Notes: generated by a model from the sequence alone, not told the origin. Numbered from the stretch's first letter, positions 8,763 to 17,418 are shown. The stretch is DNA of 33,248 nucleotides from a virus (IMGVR_UViG_3300030107_004400:1-33248); one strand, 5' to 3'. Translations and numbers: made by a program.

Positions 8763-8943
8763 AACTCTCTCCTTTTGTTTTAGATTTTAGATTTTTTCTT
8801 TGCCTATATATTTCTTTAATCTCTTCTTCTGTAAGACAGGTTCTGTTAAGAGGTATACCAGACTTTCTAGTTTGAGCAAACTCTATAAATTTATCTCTAG
8901 ATATATTTACTACCATACTATTCTGCCTCTTTTTCAGATACAT
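8737..8943 (-). CDS. Hypothetical protein
   Basis: 68 aa; overlap-coupled; true start may be the internal MVVNI. Confidence 0.55.
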   Translation of the reverse strand: MYLKKRQNSMVVNISRDKFIEFAQTRKSGIPLNRTCLTEEEIKEIYRQRKNLKSKTKGESYGKTNSKR

Positions 8944-9115
8944 AATTATTAGCCTTGTCTATGACATCTTTAATATCTGATTGTAAATTAGTTAAATCGT
9001 ATGAAACCCAATTGTTATCCTCTTTTAAATAAGTAGCAAGAGAGTCATTCATAATTAACAATTCTTTAAGATTGAATTTCATAGTTACTACTACGTCTCT
9101 ATCATTTACGTTCAT
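8918..9115 (-). CDS. Hypothetical protein
   Basis: 65 aa; AAGGAG SD. Confidence 0.7.
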   Translation of the reverse strand: MNVNDRDVVVTMKFNLKELLIMNDSLATYLKEDNNWVSYDLTNLQSDIKDVIDKANNYVSEKEAE

Positions 9116-9991
9116 TTAGTTTTCTCCTTTCATATATGGACATAATTCTCTAACTTCACAATACTTTTGACATTTCATACCATTCCAAGTTTCTTCATCT
9201 GTGCATTTACTAGGCAAAGAGTTTGTCTCTAAAGAAGATAATAGCTTATCTCTTCTTGGTAGAAATTTACCCAATAACATCTCATCTGATATTTTAGGTA
9301 TCTCTATTAAATATAAATTATTATGCACTCCCCTCTCTCTAGAGACTTGTACTCCACCATCTCTAACAGTAGCCTGTACATATATCTTATCAACTATCTT
9401 TCCTTGCTTCTCTAAAAGATGTCTGTAGAAATTTAACTGCCATAGCCAATCTCCATAATCTGCATTTTCTTTATCTTCATAAAATATTTTAACCTTTTTT
9501 ATATCTCCCTTTTTTCCCCACTTGCTATTTCTCTTATATCTTTCGCCTGTAGGAGAATCTCCTAAGTAGAAACTCATACCTAAGACCTGTGCTACCTTAT
9601 AAGAGCCACAGTTTTTATAGTCTATTAATAATCTAGACTCTGGGTCATACAAGTCGGTAATCCCTGTAATACCATAACCTTCTAGCTTAGATTCTACTTC
9701 TAAGTCTTCGCCGTATGATTCTAATCTTTCGTGGTGCATAGTACCAGAGATTCTAAAGGCACACTCTTGTGGGTCTATGTAGTAATTTTTAGTTCTCTTA
9801 AGGAAGGATTCACAAGTACCATTAAGTAATTCTGTAGTACTTGGTTTTCTATCTGGAGCCCTCTGCTCTGAGAGTGCTCTTAGCATAGGTAGGGTACAAC
9901 CCATTCTTATTAAGTCTACTTTTTTATTTTCAAAGCAGTCTTCAAATGTAATTGTATCTCCATTAGGATATTTAAACCCTATAGCTGGCAT
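9116..9991 (-). CDS. PD-(D/E)XK (Cas4/RecB-like) exonuclease
   Basis: GTMHHERLE, ITGITDLYD, LIDYK, WQLNFY; C-terminal Cys cluster KCQKYCEVRELC. Confidence 0.85.
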   Translation of the reverse strand: MPAIGFKYPNGDTITFEDCFENKKVDLIRMGCTLPMLRALSEQRAPDRKPSTTELLNGTCESFLKRTKNYYIDPQECAFRISGTMHHERLESYGEDLEVESKLEGYGITGITDLYDPESRLLIDYKNCGSYKVAQVLGMSFYLGDSPTGERYKRNSKWGKKGDIKKVKIFYEDKENADYGDWLWQLNFYRHLLEKQGKIVDKIYVQATVRDGGVQVSRERGVHNNLYLIEIPKISDEMLLGKFLPRRDKLLSSLETNSLPSKCTDEETWNGMKCQKYCEVRELCPYMKGEN

Positions 9992-10087
9992 TTAGTTCTC
10001 TCCTTAATCATAACTATTATAAAGACTATATACTAAGTATATATATCTTTTTTCTTTTTTATCTTTAGCCCCCCAGTTCGTGAAACG

Positions 10088-10117
10088 AACTTAACCCAAT
10101 TACAGGTGGTAAAGCAA
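10088..10117 (-). promoter_or_regulatory. Candidate sigma70-type promoter for the replication/recombination module
   Basis: TTGCTT-18 nt-TAAGTT on the minus strand in an intergenic gap. Confidence 0.45.
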
Positions 10118-10161
10118 CAACTTTTTTCATTTATTTTAAATAATTTATCCAATTTCTTTCA

Positions 10162-10416
10162 CTATATAATCTCTCCATATTCTACATAATATACACAAGT
10201 TGTACAGACAGAATATTTGTAAACTTTTTCAGTTGTTGGACTATAACTATTACAGTCATATCTTTCCCCAGATAAATTAGTATTGCAACAATCACAATTA
10301 TTATAACTAAAGTAAGGTTCACAGTATCCATCATTATCAGTAATTTGAGATAAATTAGTAACTCCCTCAATCTCAAAAAAGTGGTTTACATTTTTTTTAT
10401 ATTCTTTTTCTTTCAT
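10162..10416 (-). CDS. Small Cys-rich protein
   Basis: PYFSYNNCDCCNTNLSGERY...VCTTC; AAGGAG SD. Confidence 0.75.
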   Translation of the reverse strand: MKEKEYKKNVNHFFEIEGVTNLSQITDNDGYCEPYFSYNNCDCCNTNLSGERYDCNSYSPTTEKVYKYSVCTTCVYYVEYGEII

Positions 10417-10458
10417 AATTCTCCTTATTATACCAACAATTATTTAATAATTTCACTA

Positions 10459-11733
10459 TCAAATTTGTGAGTAAATTTGACCTAATTTAGTATCCCTAGA
10501 AACAGTATATGGAGTAGAGTTTGGTTCATTAAATTGATTTACTCTATCTGTCATATATTTCTTAGCATTATCAGTAAGATTTAGTAAACTAGATACTCTA
10601 TCTATTGTAGTATTAATCTGTATATCATTTTTCTTAATGAAAAAATCTATCATATCTCTATGCCTAATATTACTAGAAGAAGAAGGTTCTCCATTATACC
10701 AAGAAGCAATATTACATAAGTCTATCCCTGTATCTACTATAGCAGTACATATTTCTGACCAAGCCTTTATTTTTCTAGGATTCAACGAACCTGTATGATA
10801 TCTAAACTCTATAGTGCCTAAATATGCTCTTGCGTGTAAGTTTAGACCGTGATATCTAGTTTCGTTATACTTTGAAGTGCTAGGGCTATCGTCTTGATAC
10901 CATAAGTCCTGAAAACACTCCCAACTTCTTATATTCCTAATATCATAACTATTATAGAATATAGGTTTACACCATCTAGACTTTCTTCTTGTCTCTGGTT
11001 GCATAGCATAGAGTAATGGTTCTAGTTTTCTAGCTACATATAGTATATGTTTTAATTCGTTCCAGCCTACATCTAATGCATTAACGTGAACGTGCATACC
11101 ACAACTTTTACTTATAAAATAGTCAAAGTTCTCTGAAACGTATCTATTTAGATTATCTATATTGTAGTATAGTGTATCTCCACTAGAAGGAGGATTACTA
11201 ATAAACTCTATACCTGTATTTGATAGACTACCATCACTTACAGCAGACCAGCCATCTACAGAATGACCATCATCTCTCCATACATCTATATCTACTCCTT
11301 CTACCTCGCATTCTATCCCTACAAGTCTTCTTCTTTTATTTTTCTTGTAAGTTCTACCAATTCGCTCTATAGGATACAATGCATCTGGAGGGTCTCCATA
11401 GTCTATTTCTTCCGAAGGATAACAAGATTCACAATAGTATTCACCGTGAGATTCGCTCCAATATGAATAGTCTAGACTATCTGTTGTATCACAAGAATTA
11501 CATATAAAATAGCCATCACCATAGCAGCTCTCGCAAACCATACTATCTTGACTTTCTATATAGTAAGCATTATCTCTATTACCTGATTCTCCACAATCAT
11601 CACATATATAACAATCTTCATAGAAGCATTCTTCGCAGTAAGATTCATCATCGTGGGTATACTCTTCAAGTTCTTCCTTCTCAATATCTACATTACAACT
11701 AATACAAAGTACTCTAGGCTCTGTATCACTCAT
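10459..11733 (-). CDS. Putative amidoligase (COOH-NH2 ligase, Amidoligase_2-like) with N-terminal triple zinc finger
   Basis: GIECEV, DGSL, GIEF, SCGMHVHV, RYHGLN, GTIEFRYH; six paired CxxC in the N-terminus. Confidence 0.88.
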   Translation of the reverse strand: MSDTEPRVLCISCNVDIEKEELEEYTHDDESYCEECFYEDCYICDDCGESGNRDNAYYIESQDSMVCESCYGDGYFICNSCDTTDSLDYSYWSESHGEYYCESCYPSEEIDYGDPPDALYPIERIGRTYKKNKRRRLVGIECEVEGVDIDVWRDDGHSVDGWSAVSDGSLSNTGIEFISNPPSSGDTLYYNIDNLNRYVSENFDYFISKSCGMHVHVNALDVGWNELKHILYVARKLEPLLYAMQPETRRKSRWCKPIFYNSYDIRNIRSWECFQDLWYQDDSPSTSKYNETRYHGLNLHARAYLGTIEFRYHTGSLNPRKIKAWSEICTAIVDTGIDLCNIASWYNGEPSSSSNIRHRDMIDFFIKKNDIQINTTIDRVSSLLNLTDNAKKYMTDRVNQFNEPNSTPYTVSRDTKLGQIYSQI

Positions 11734-11746
11734 ATTATTACTCCTT

Positions 11747-12040
11747 TTAGGTTATGTTTTTTATACCAAGAAAAGTAAATACTAATACAGGAATCTCTTT
11801 CAACCAACCTATTTCTTTTAGCTTATTATAGAGAGATTCTTCTGTCTTGTCTTTAGGTTCTTCTAATGTTAGAAGTTCTATTTCTGTTCTAACGAAGTCT
11901 AAATATTCTTCATAGGTTTTATCCATTAGAAATGGATTTCTCTTAGCCTTTTCATATAGTTTCTCTAATACGTATTTCTTAGATTTATATTTAATAGGAC
12001 TAGGTATCCCTACAAAAGATATTTTTTTATATTTAGTCAC
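11747..12040 (-). CDS. Hypothetical helical protein inside the amidoligase cluster
   Basis: 97 aa; overlaps the GATase stop; GGAGG SD. Confidence 0.75.
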   Translation of the reverse strand: MTKYKKISFVGIPSPIKYKSKKYVLEKLYEKAKRNPFLMDKTYEEYLDFVRTEIELLTLEEPKDKTEESLYNKLKEIGWLKEIPVLVFTFLGIKNIT

Positions 12041-13175
12041 AATAATTCCCTCCTAAGAATGTTCTGATTTCGTCATCTCTATCACAAACCTCACATATAT
12101 TATATTGACCATATATAGTAATCTCTTCCTCTAGGACAGATTCAGTACAACCATCACAGTTTATCAATTTAGAATATCTATTAGAGTCGCAACTAGGACT
12201 ATCTTCATCACTACAACCATAACAAGTCATATTTTCATTAATATAGAGTAACTTGTCTGGGTCAAAATAACTCTGACAGAACTCGCATTGATACTGAGTA
12301 TCAGATATATATTGACAATTAGTACAAATACATTCATAATTATATGTATCCTTATCACAGATTCCACATTTTGTAGGCATAGATGTATAAGTACCATAGT
12401 TATATTGTCTAGGATTATAGCCATAATAATAGTAATTATCATAACTAATCTTCGGAGTAAATTTCTCTGAAGTATATGCAGGCTTCTTAGAAAAATCCCT
12501 AGTATCTATTTTAAAGATATATTCATTCTGTAGAGATTGAGTCTTTAATGTTAATCCAGAGGCTCTTAAACCTTCTTCTAATATATCTCTAGTAGATGCC
12601 CAAAATAGAGTCCTAGCTTTTTTCCAATAAGTGAAATTAATAGGTCTAGAGTCATCTCTTAAAAGATATAACTCATAGGGATTATCCTTAACAAAAGTTA
12701 AAGCATAATCTCCACTTAATTTCTCTACACCTTCCTTAACTCCATACTTATCAATAGATGCAAAAATGGCTTCAGAATCTACTTCAATGTCTATATTCAT
12801 CTCAGATGCTAGACTATCGTGATTTCTTAAAACTCCATTGTGAGCACCGATAACTCCACCTATACTAAATGGGTGAGAGTTTTTTGCTGATATAGTGCCG
12901 TGAGTTGCTAGCCTAACGTGTCCTAGAGCTACAGTAGTATCTCTATTGATACCACTTAAGACAGTATCCCAATCGCTATGACTAGTCATCTCTACACTAG
13001 ACAACGTAGACTTCCAGATATTATTATATCTTGGTGAAATAAGGGCAATCCCTGTACTGTCATCTCCTCTAACTATAGAGGAATCAGCTAGATTGCTAAT
13101 TACTTCACGGATTTTTTCTATCTGGAAATCATTCTGTGATTCGCCTTTCTTAGCGAAACCGAAAATTCCACACAT
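12033..13175 (-). CDS. Class-II (Ntn) glutamine amidotransferase with C-terminal triple zinc finger
   Basis: MCGIFG (N-terminal nucleophile Cys), RGDDSTG, GHVRLATHG, SHPF, HNG, VDSE; six CxxC in the C-terminus. Confidence 0.92.
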   Translation of the reverse strand: MCGIFGFAKKGESQNDFQIEKIREVISNLADSSIVRGDDSTGIALISPRYNNIWKSTLSSVEMTSHSDWDTVLSGINRDTTVALGHVRLATHGTISAKNSHPFSIGGVIGAHNGVLRNHDSLASEMNIDIEVDSEAIFASIDKYGVKEGVEKLSGDYALTFVKDNPYELYLLRDDSRPINFTYWKKARTLFWASTRDILEEGLRASGLTLKTQSLQNEYIFKIDTRDFSKKPAYTSEKFTPKISYDNYYYYGYNPRQYNYGTYTSMPTKCGICDKDTYNYECICTNCQYISDTQYQCEFCQSYFDPDKLLYINENMTCYGCSDEDSPSCDSNRYSKLINCDGCTESVLEEEITIYGQYNICEVCDRDDEIRTFLGGNYCD

Positions 13176-13223
13176 AGTGTTTTCTCCTTTTTTATTATTA
13201 AATAAATCTTTCTTTACTAAATA

Positions 13224-13370
13224 TCATCTTGTGCTTTCTTCAGATATTCTTTTATTCATATTGTCAATAGCATTTTCCAAATTATCAATAGCTCTATATA
13301 TATCACCACCTTCACGAAGGTCATATAAGATATTCTCTAAATCTTGAATTACCTCTTTTATTTCTTCCAT
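13224..13370 (-). CDS. 48 aa acidic helical protein (not in ORF track)
   Basis: MEEIKEVIQDLENILYDLREGG...EESTR; GGGAG SD; fills the gap in the cluster. Confidence 0.65.
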   Translation of the reverse strand: MEEIKEVIQDLENILYDLREGGDIYRAIDNLENAIDNMNKRISEESTR

Positions 13371-13393
13371 TTTATTTCTCCTTTTTTTATTTG

Positions 13394-15112
13394 TTAGTAA
13401 ATCATTGATTGCTCCATATAATATTGGTAGAACTCAGGTATCCCTAGATAATAGAAAAACTCTTTAGGGGTAACGTCGCTACTATCAATAATTATATCTT
13501 TTAAATTTTTGTTAATATTAAATGAGTTCTCTACAATAGATAGGCACAAAGAAATCCAATTCTCTATTTCGTGCATATTAAAAGTAGAGTGATGATACCT
13601 AAACTCTATTGTTCCGTGAACAATTCTAGAGTGAATGTTTAGTCCTCTATATCTAGAGTCATTATATTTAGTATCATCTACAGAAGTATTAGAAATAGTC
13701 CTATACCATAACTCTGTATAATCTCTTAGAGTCTTTATATCTAGAAGGCTATTTGTATTTATATTAGGCAAAGGTTTACAATAAGTATTGCCTTCTCTAT
13801 TTTTGGGTAGCATATTAAAAATCCATTTTTCTAATATATATCCCAATGCTAGACAATTTTTCATTTCTTCTAATTGCATATCTAGAGCATTAACGTGTAT
13901 ATGTAGTCCACAACTATTATCAACATAGCCTCCAGTATTACTAATCATATTTGTTAATCTCTCTATATCGTTAAGTAGAGTATCTCCATTTGTAGGAAAT
14001 TTCATTACATACTCAGAGCCAAAGTCTTCATCATCAATAGAGGTATCTCCAACTATTCTCCAACCTCTTGGTATAGAGAGTCCTTCCCAATCGTGAACAC
14101 ATTCAATCTCTACTCCAACATTTCTACGAAATTTATTTCTCTTAAAACTGTTAGATTTCTTATGACTTGCTGGGTTAATCGCTCTCTGAGGTACTCTGTA
14201 AAATTCTCTAATAACATCTTCAGAGCAATGCTTACAATGGACTTCTCCATTTATTTCTAGAGACTTATCAAATTCTAAATCGCCGCATAGTCTACACAGA
14301 ACCATTTTACTAGAGCAACTAAGACATATAGAGCCGTTCTTTTCTATAATAGTTGCATCTCTATAGGTCATATATTTCCCTGCTTTATTTAGTATTAGAT
14401 AATCTTTATCACATAGTTTACAATTAAATTTAGAATGATGAGCACATTCAGAACAGTAAGTTTCTATATATAGGTTGCCAGTAGATTTATCATTTGTAAG
14501 AAACTGATGTCCTCTATGGTCTGATATTACCATAGAGTGAATTAGAACTCTCTTATCACAGCTCTTACAAGTTTGTACAGTACAGCCATTTTCTATATTT
14601 TTTAATTCTAGATATTCGTAGATTATCTCTCCAGCAGTAGAATTACTGAGTGTAGCAAAATAATCACAAGCAATTCCTCTAGAGTATTTATTCCAATTAT
14701 ACACCTTCCCTTCTATAGAATTTTTATCATCTCTAAATACTCTAATAACTTTTCTGCTTTTATCTACTACAACTATATCATTATATGGTAAGCTACCTCT
14801 CTGATTTGCTCCTATTAGCATAACATAGGCTTTATTATTAGAACGTATACTAATTACTATCCCTGCTCTAGTCTTATATACATCAGGCTCTACCTCAACC
14901 TCTATACCTACTAAATCATTAAGATGTAATTCGTAGACATCAGATACTGTACCATTAAATATATACTCTTTATCAAACCATATAGAAAAATCTTTTCCAG
15001 AATTATCTATTATTCTAACTAGATATTGATTTCTGTCTATGTTTTCATCTACTATTGAGCCTCTATAGGTTTTATAGTTAAAGAGTACGTAGCATTTACT
15101 ACCTATATGCAT
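13394..15112 (-). CDS. Second putative amidoligase with N-terminal beta-rich (SH3-like) region and triple zinc finger
   Basis: GVEIEC, DTSI, GSEY, SCGLHIHV, RYRGLN, GTIEFRYH; six CxxC in the middle; GGAGG SD. Confidence 0.87.
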   Translation of the reverse strand: MHIGSKCYVLFNYKTYRGSIVDENIDRNQYLVRIIDNSGKDFSIWFDKEYIFNGTVSDVYELHLNDLVGIEVEVEPDVYKTRAGIVISIRSNNKAYVMLIGANQRGSLPYNDIVVVDKSRKVIRVFRDDKNSIEGKVYNWNKYSRGIACDYFATLSNSTAGEIIYEYLELKNIENGCTVQTCKSCDKRVLIHSMVISDHRGHQFLTNDKSTGNLYIETYCSECAHHSKFNCKLCDKDYLILNKAGKYMTYRDATIIEKNGSICLSCSSKMVLCRLCGDLEFDKSLEINGEVHCKHCSEDVIREFYRVPQRAINPASHKKSNSFKRNKFRRNVGVEIECVHDWEGLSIPRGWRIVGDTSIDDEDFGSEYVMKFPTNGDTLLNDIERLTNMISNTGGYVDNSCGLHIHVNALDMQLEEMKNCLALGYILEKWIFNMLPKNREGNTYCKPLPNINTNSLLDIKTLRDYTELWYRTISNTSVDDTKYNDSRYRGLNIHSRIVHGTIEFRYHHSTFNMHEIENWISLCLSIVENSFNINKNLKDIIIDSSDVTPKEFFYYLGIPEFYQYYMEQSMIY

Positions 15113-15115
15113 ACT

Positions 15116-15247
15116 CTACCTCCTTAGCTTAGACCTTATCCAATGTAGACATATCGTCGCATACCCTACTAGAGCAAGTAGAGAAGGGTGTCCTTCTCCA
15201 CATAGCCCTAGAGAGTGAAGGATAATATGCCTTAACTCCTCACTCAT
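15116..15247 (-). CDS. Small hypothetical membrane-associated protein
   Basis: Likely start MSEELRH with GAGG SD; HSLGLCGEGHPSLL followed by a hydrophobic segment. Confidence 0.55.
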   Translation of the reverse strand: MSEELRHIILHSLGLCGEGHPSLLALVGYATICLHWIRSKLRR

Positions 15248-15380
15248 AGAGTGTAACCTCTTTAGACTTAAGTCTATCTGTAGACTTCTTTCCAAATCCA
15301 AACTCTATGATTCTCTTAGTAACTACCTTTTTCTTCTTAGGAGCCATTAAGAGTTTAACTTGTTTCTTAGCAGATTTCAT
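15240..15380 (-). CDS. 46 aa basic protein (not in ORF track)
   Basis: MKSAKKQVKLLMAPKKKKVV...VTLYE; AAGGAG SD; overlaps the next start. Confidence 0.6.
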   Translation of the reverse strand: MKSAKKQVKLLMAPKKKKVVTKRIIEFGFGKKSTDRLKSKEVTLYE

Positions 15381-15401
15381 TACTCTCTCCTTATTCTATT
15401 A

Positions 15402-15596
15402 TTAACATAAATTATTTGATTTGTCTTCTATAGGATAACCCATATCTAGTTGCTCTCTTACTAGAGAATTATATAGTTGATGTAAATTATCTAAGTGAGT
15501 CAAATCTCTTTCATTTACAATAGAGCCTTGTTTCTCTATTTTATCCTCTAGGTAACTGATAGATTCTTCTACCTCGTTTAATGTTAATTCATTCAT
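15402..15596 (-). CDS. Hypothetical early protein
   Basis: 64 aa; AAGGAG SD. Confidence 0.75.
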   Translation of the reverse strand: MNELTLNEVEESISYLEDKIEKQGSIVNERDLTHLDNLHQLYNSLVREQLDMGYPIEDKSNNLC

Positions 15597-15623
15597 TATT
15601 CTCTCCTTTTATTTTCTACATTA

Positions 15624-16148
15624 TTACTTATCTAAAACTTCCGAATTTCTACCGAACCCTTGTAAGTATTTACCCTTAGCTGTAGGCTTAAAGCATACTC
15701 TAGTATCACGCTTTCTCTCTGTGCGTCCGTTCTCAAAAATTCTCATATCTATCTTTTTAACTTTCTCATAATTAGGTAATCTAGACTTAGTGTTTTTTCT
15801 TAATTTGTAATTATATCTGAGAACACGTTGTCTATCAATGCAGTCCTGGACTAAGTTATCCACGTCTACAAATGAGGTATAAATAGAGTTTGATTCTAAG
15901 TCTTTAATAATCAAGTTTCTATTAGATTTCCTTGCTAGAGTCCTACATCTCTCTATAAGCACTCTCAAGGAGTCGACGCCAACTATAGACATTTTCTGTT
16001 TGATAGGTTTTACTATATCTAGTATTCTAAATTCCTCTACAAACTCCACTATATAATCTACTCCATTTTCTACTGCGTGGAAGTCTAGAGTGATGTCAAA
16101 TCTAGATTCTGTGTTCTCCTCTATAAAATTATTTATAGGGGTTTTCAT
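15624..16148 (-). CDS. Hypothetical early protein
   Basis: 174 aa; acidic N-half and basic C-half; AGGAG upstream. Confidence 0.75.
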   Translation of the reverse strand: MKTPINNFIEENTESRFDITLDFHAVENGVDYIVEFVEEFRILDIVKPIKQKMSIVGVDSLRVLIERCRTLARKSNRNLIIKDLESNSIYTSFVDVDNLVQDCIDRQRVLRYNYKLRKNTKSRLPNYEKVKKIDMRIFENGRTERKRDTRVCFKPTAKGKYLQGFGRNSEVLDK

Positions 16149-16186
16149 TTTTCTATATTTTCTCCTGTAGTTTTTAGGTTATGTAG

Positions 16187-16217
16187 AAAAAAAGGGCTGT
16201 AGAAAATACCAGCCCTT
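16187..16217 (-). terminator. Rho-independent terminator after the first early gene
   Basis: Minus strand reads AAGGGCTGGTATTTTCTACAGCCCTTTTTTT: a GC stem followed by a U-run. Confidence 0.75.
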
Positions 16218-16249
16218 GTTTTTATCCTGTTTACTATTAAAAGCACTAT

Positions 16250-16681
16250 CTATTCACCTGCAGACTTTGTTTCATTTTCTGTAGTAGTTTCTTCAGTCTT
16301 AGAGTCATCTTGAGAAATAACCTTAAAATTAGGTCTTAACTCTAGGTTACAATTGCCCTTACCTATCTTACCTTCCTTAGAAGTTAAGGCGTTAAAATCA
16401 TTAATAAGGTTATCTATTTGAGTAAATACTCTTCTAGCTTCGCCTGTTAAAAAATCAGAATGCTTTCCACCAGCTATGGAGTAATTTTTAGCAAATTCAG
16501 TCCTAGCTTGGTTTTCAGCTACTTTTTTAGCATTTTCTATAATCTTAGAATCAGTGATACCAGCTAGTTTAAGAGTCCGCACGGCGTTTTCAATAGCCTG
16601 TACTCTATTTAACTCTAAAGCTGTATTATAAGAATCTGATTTTAATTTTACTACAGTATTATTTAAGGTTTCTTTTTCCAT
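16250..16681 (-). CDS. First gene of the early arm, hypothetical
   Basis: Likely start MEKETLNN (ATG 16681, AAGGA SD) rather than 16810; acidic C-terminal tail. Confidence 0.7.
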   Translation of the reverse strand: MEKETLNNTVVKLKSDSYNTALELNRVQAIENAVRTLKLAGITDSKIIENAKKVAENQARTEFAKNYSIAGGKHSDFLTGEARRVFTQIDNLINDFNALTSKEGKIGKGNCNLELRPNFKVISQDDSKTEETTTENETKSAGE

Positions 16682-16761
16682 TGTTCTTTCCTTTACTTGC
16701 GTAGAGAGAGCAATCTTATTAGTAGAGACTGGACTCTCTACAGGTTTATTGGTTAGGGATA

Positions 16762-16780
16762 ATTGAGAACCGTTCTCAAT
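16762..16780. promoter_or_regulatory. Perfect 9-1-9 palindrome, Fur-box-like operator
   Basis: ATTGAGAAC-C-GTTCTCAAT. Confidence 0.5.
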
Positions 16781-16944
16781 AACTAATTTATTATTTTTTG
16801 CCCTAATCATAATGCCAATTTAACTATAATATTCCAGACTACAAAAAGAAATTTTTAATAGTTATCCTTTGGGGGAATAAAATCTAAAAGTTTTTGATCG
16901 TGAGCTTTGCAGCCGAGTAGATTTTGCGAACTGAAATTTCAACC

Positions 16945-16965
16945 TGATAATGATTCTCAATCTCA
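16945..16965. promoter_or_regulatory. Fur-box-like operator
   Basis: TGATAAT-G-ATTCTCA matches 13/14 of the 7-1-7 Fur consensus TGATAAT-N-ATTATCA, plus an extra ATCTCA hexamer. Confidence 0.55.
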
Positions 16966-17365
16966 ATTAGAGGGGGGAGCCATATGCCCAAAAAAGAGCC
17001 ACACACATTATAGCCTATTTTTTATAAAAACCCTGTTTTTTCAAGTTTTCAACTAATTTTTACTATTTTTAACTTTTTACTATGACCTATAAAATTATAA
17101 TTTTTGAAAAATATTTGTAAAATTTTTAGATAAGCTCTGAATTCTATGCTTAGGTTTGCAGATATGGCCGCTATAATAGTTGTTTTTGGCGATATTTTAT
17201 GGTTTTTTGGAGAGTTTGTGTAAAATACTGGTATACATATGGATATTGCACTTTAAAGGCTATTTTAAGCAAATTTAAGCGTTATTTAAAAAAATTCCGC
17301 ATAGATTAATAGTTAATAGTATTAAAGCTTTAATAGTTTTAAACTTTTTGGCTTTGCCTCCGTAT

Positions 17366-17394
17366 AAGTTAATACATTTTTCTTGAAAAGTCAA
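17366..17394 (-). promoter_or_regulatory. Candidate leftward sigma70 promoter
   Basis: TTGACT-17 nt-TAACTT; the -35 lies in the palindrome TCTTGAaaagTCAAGA (17381-17396). Confidence 0.55.
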
Positions 17395-17418
17395 GACTTT
17401 TTTTATTTAATTTTATAC

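Noticed and set aside
9116-9991. CRISPR-Cas association of the Cas4-like nuclease
   Set aside because: No repeat-spacer array or other cas genes are seen; the context is an exonuclease-annealase-SSB recombination module.
6203-10180. Two small Cys-rich proteins both ending in YGEII
   Set aside because: Five residues only; in the first case the codons double as the next gene's GGAGA SD, and the proteins show no other similarity.
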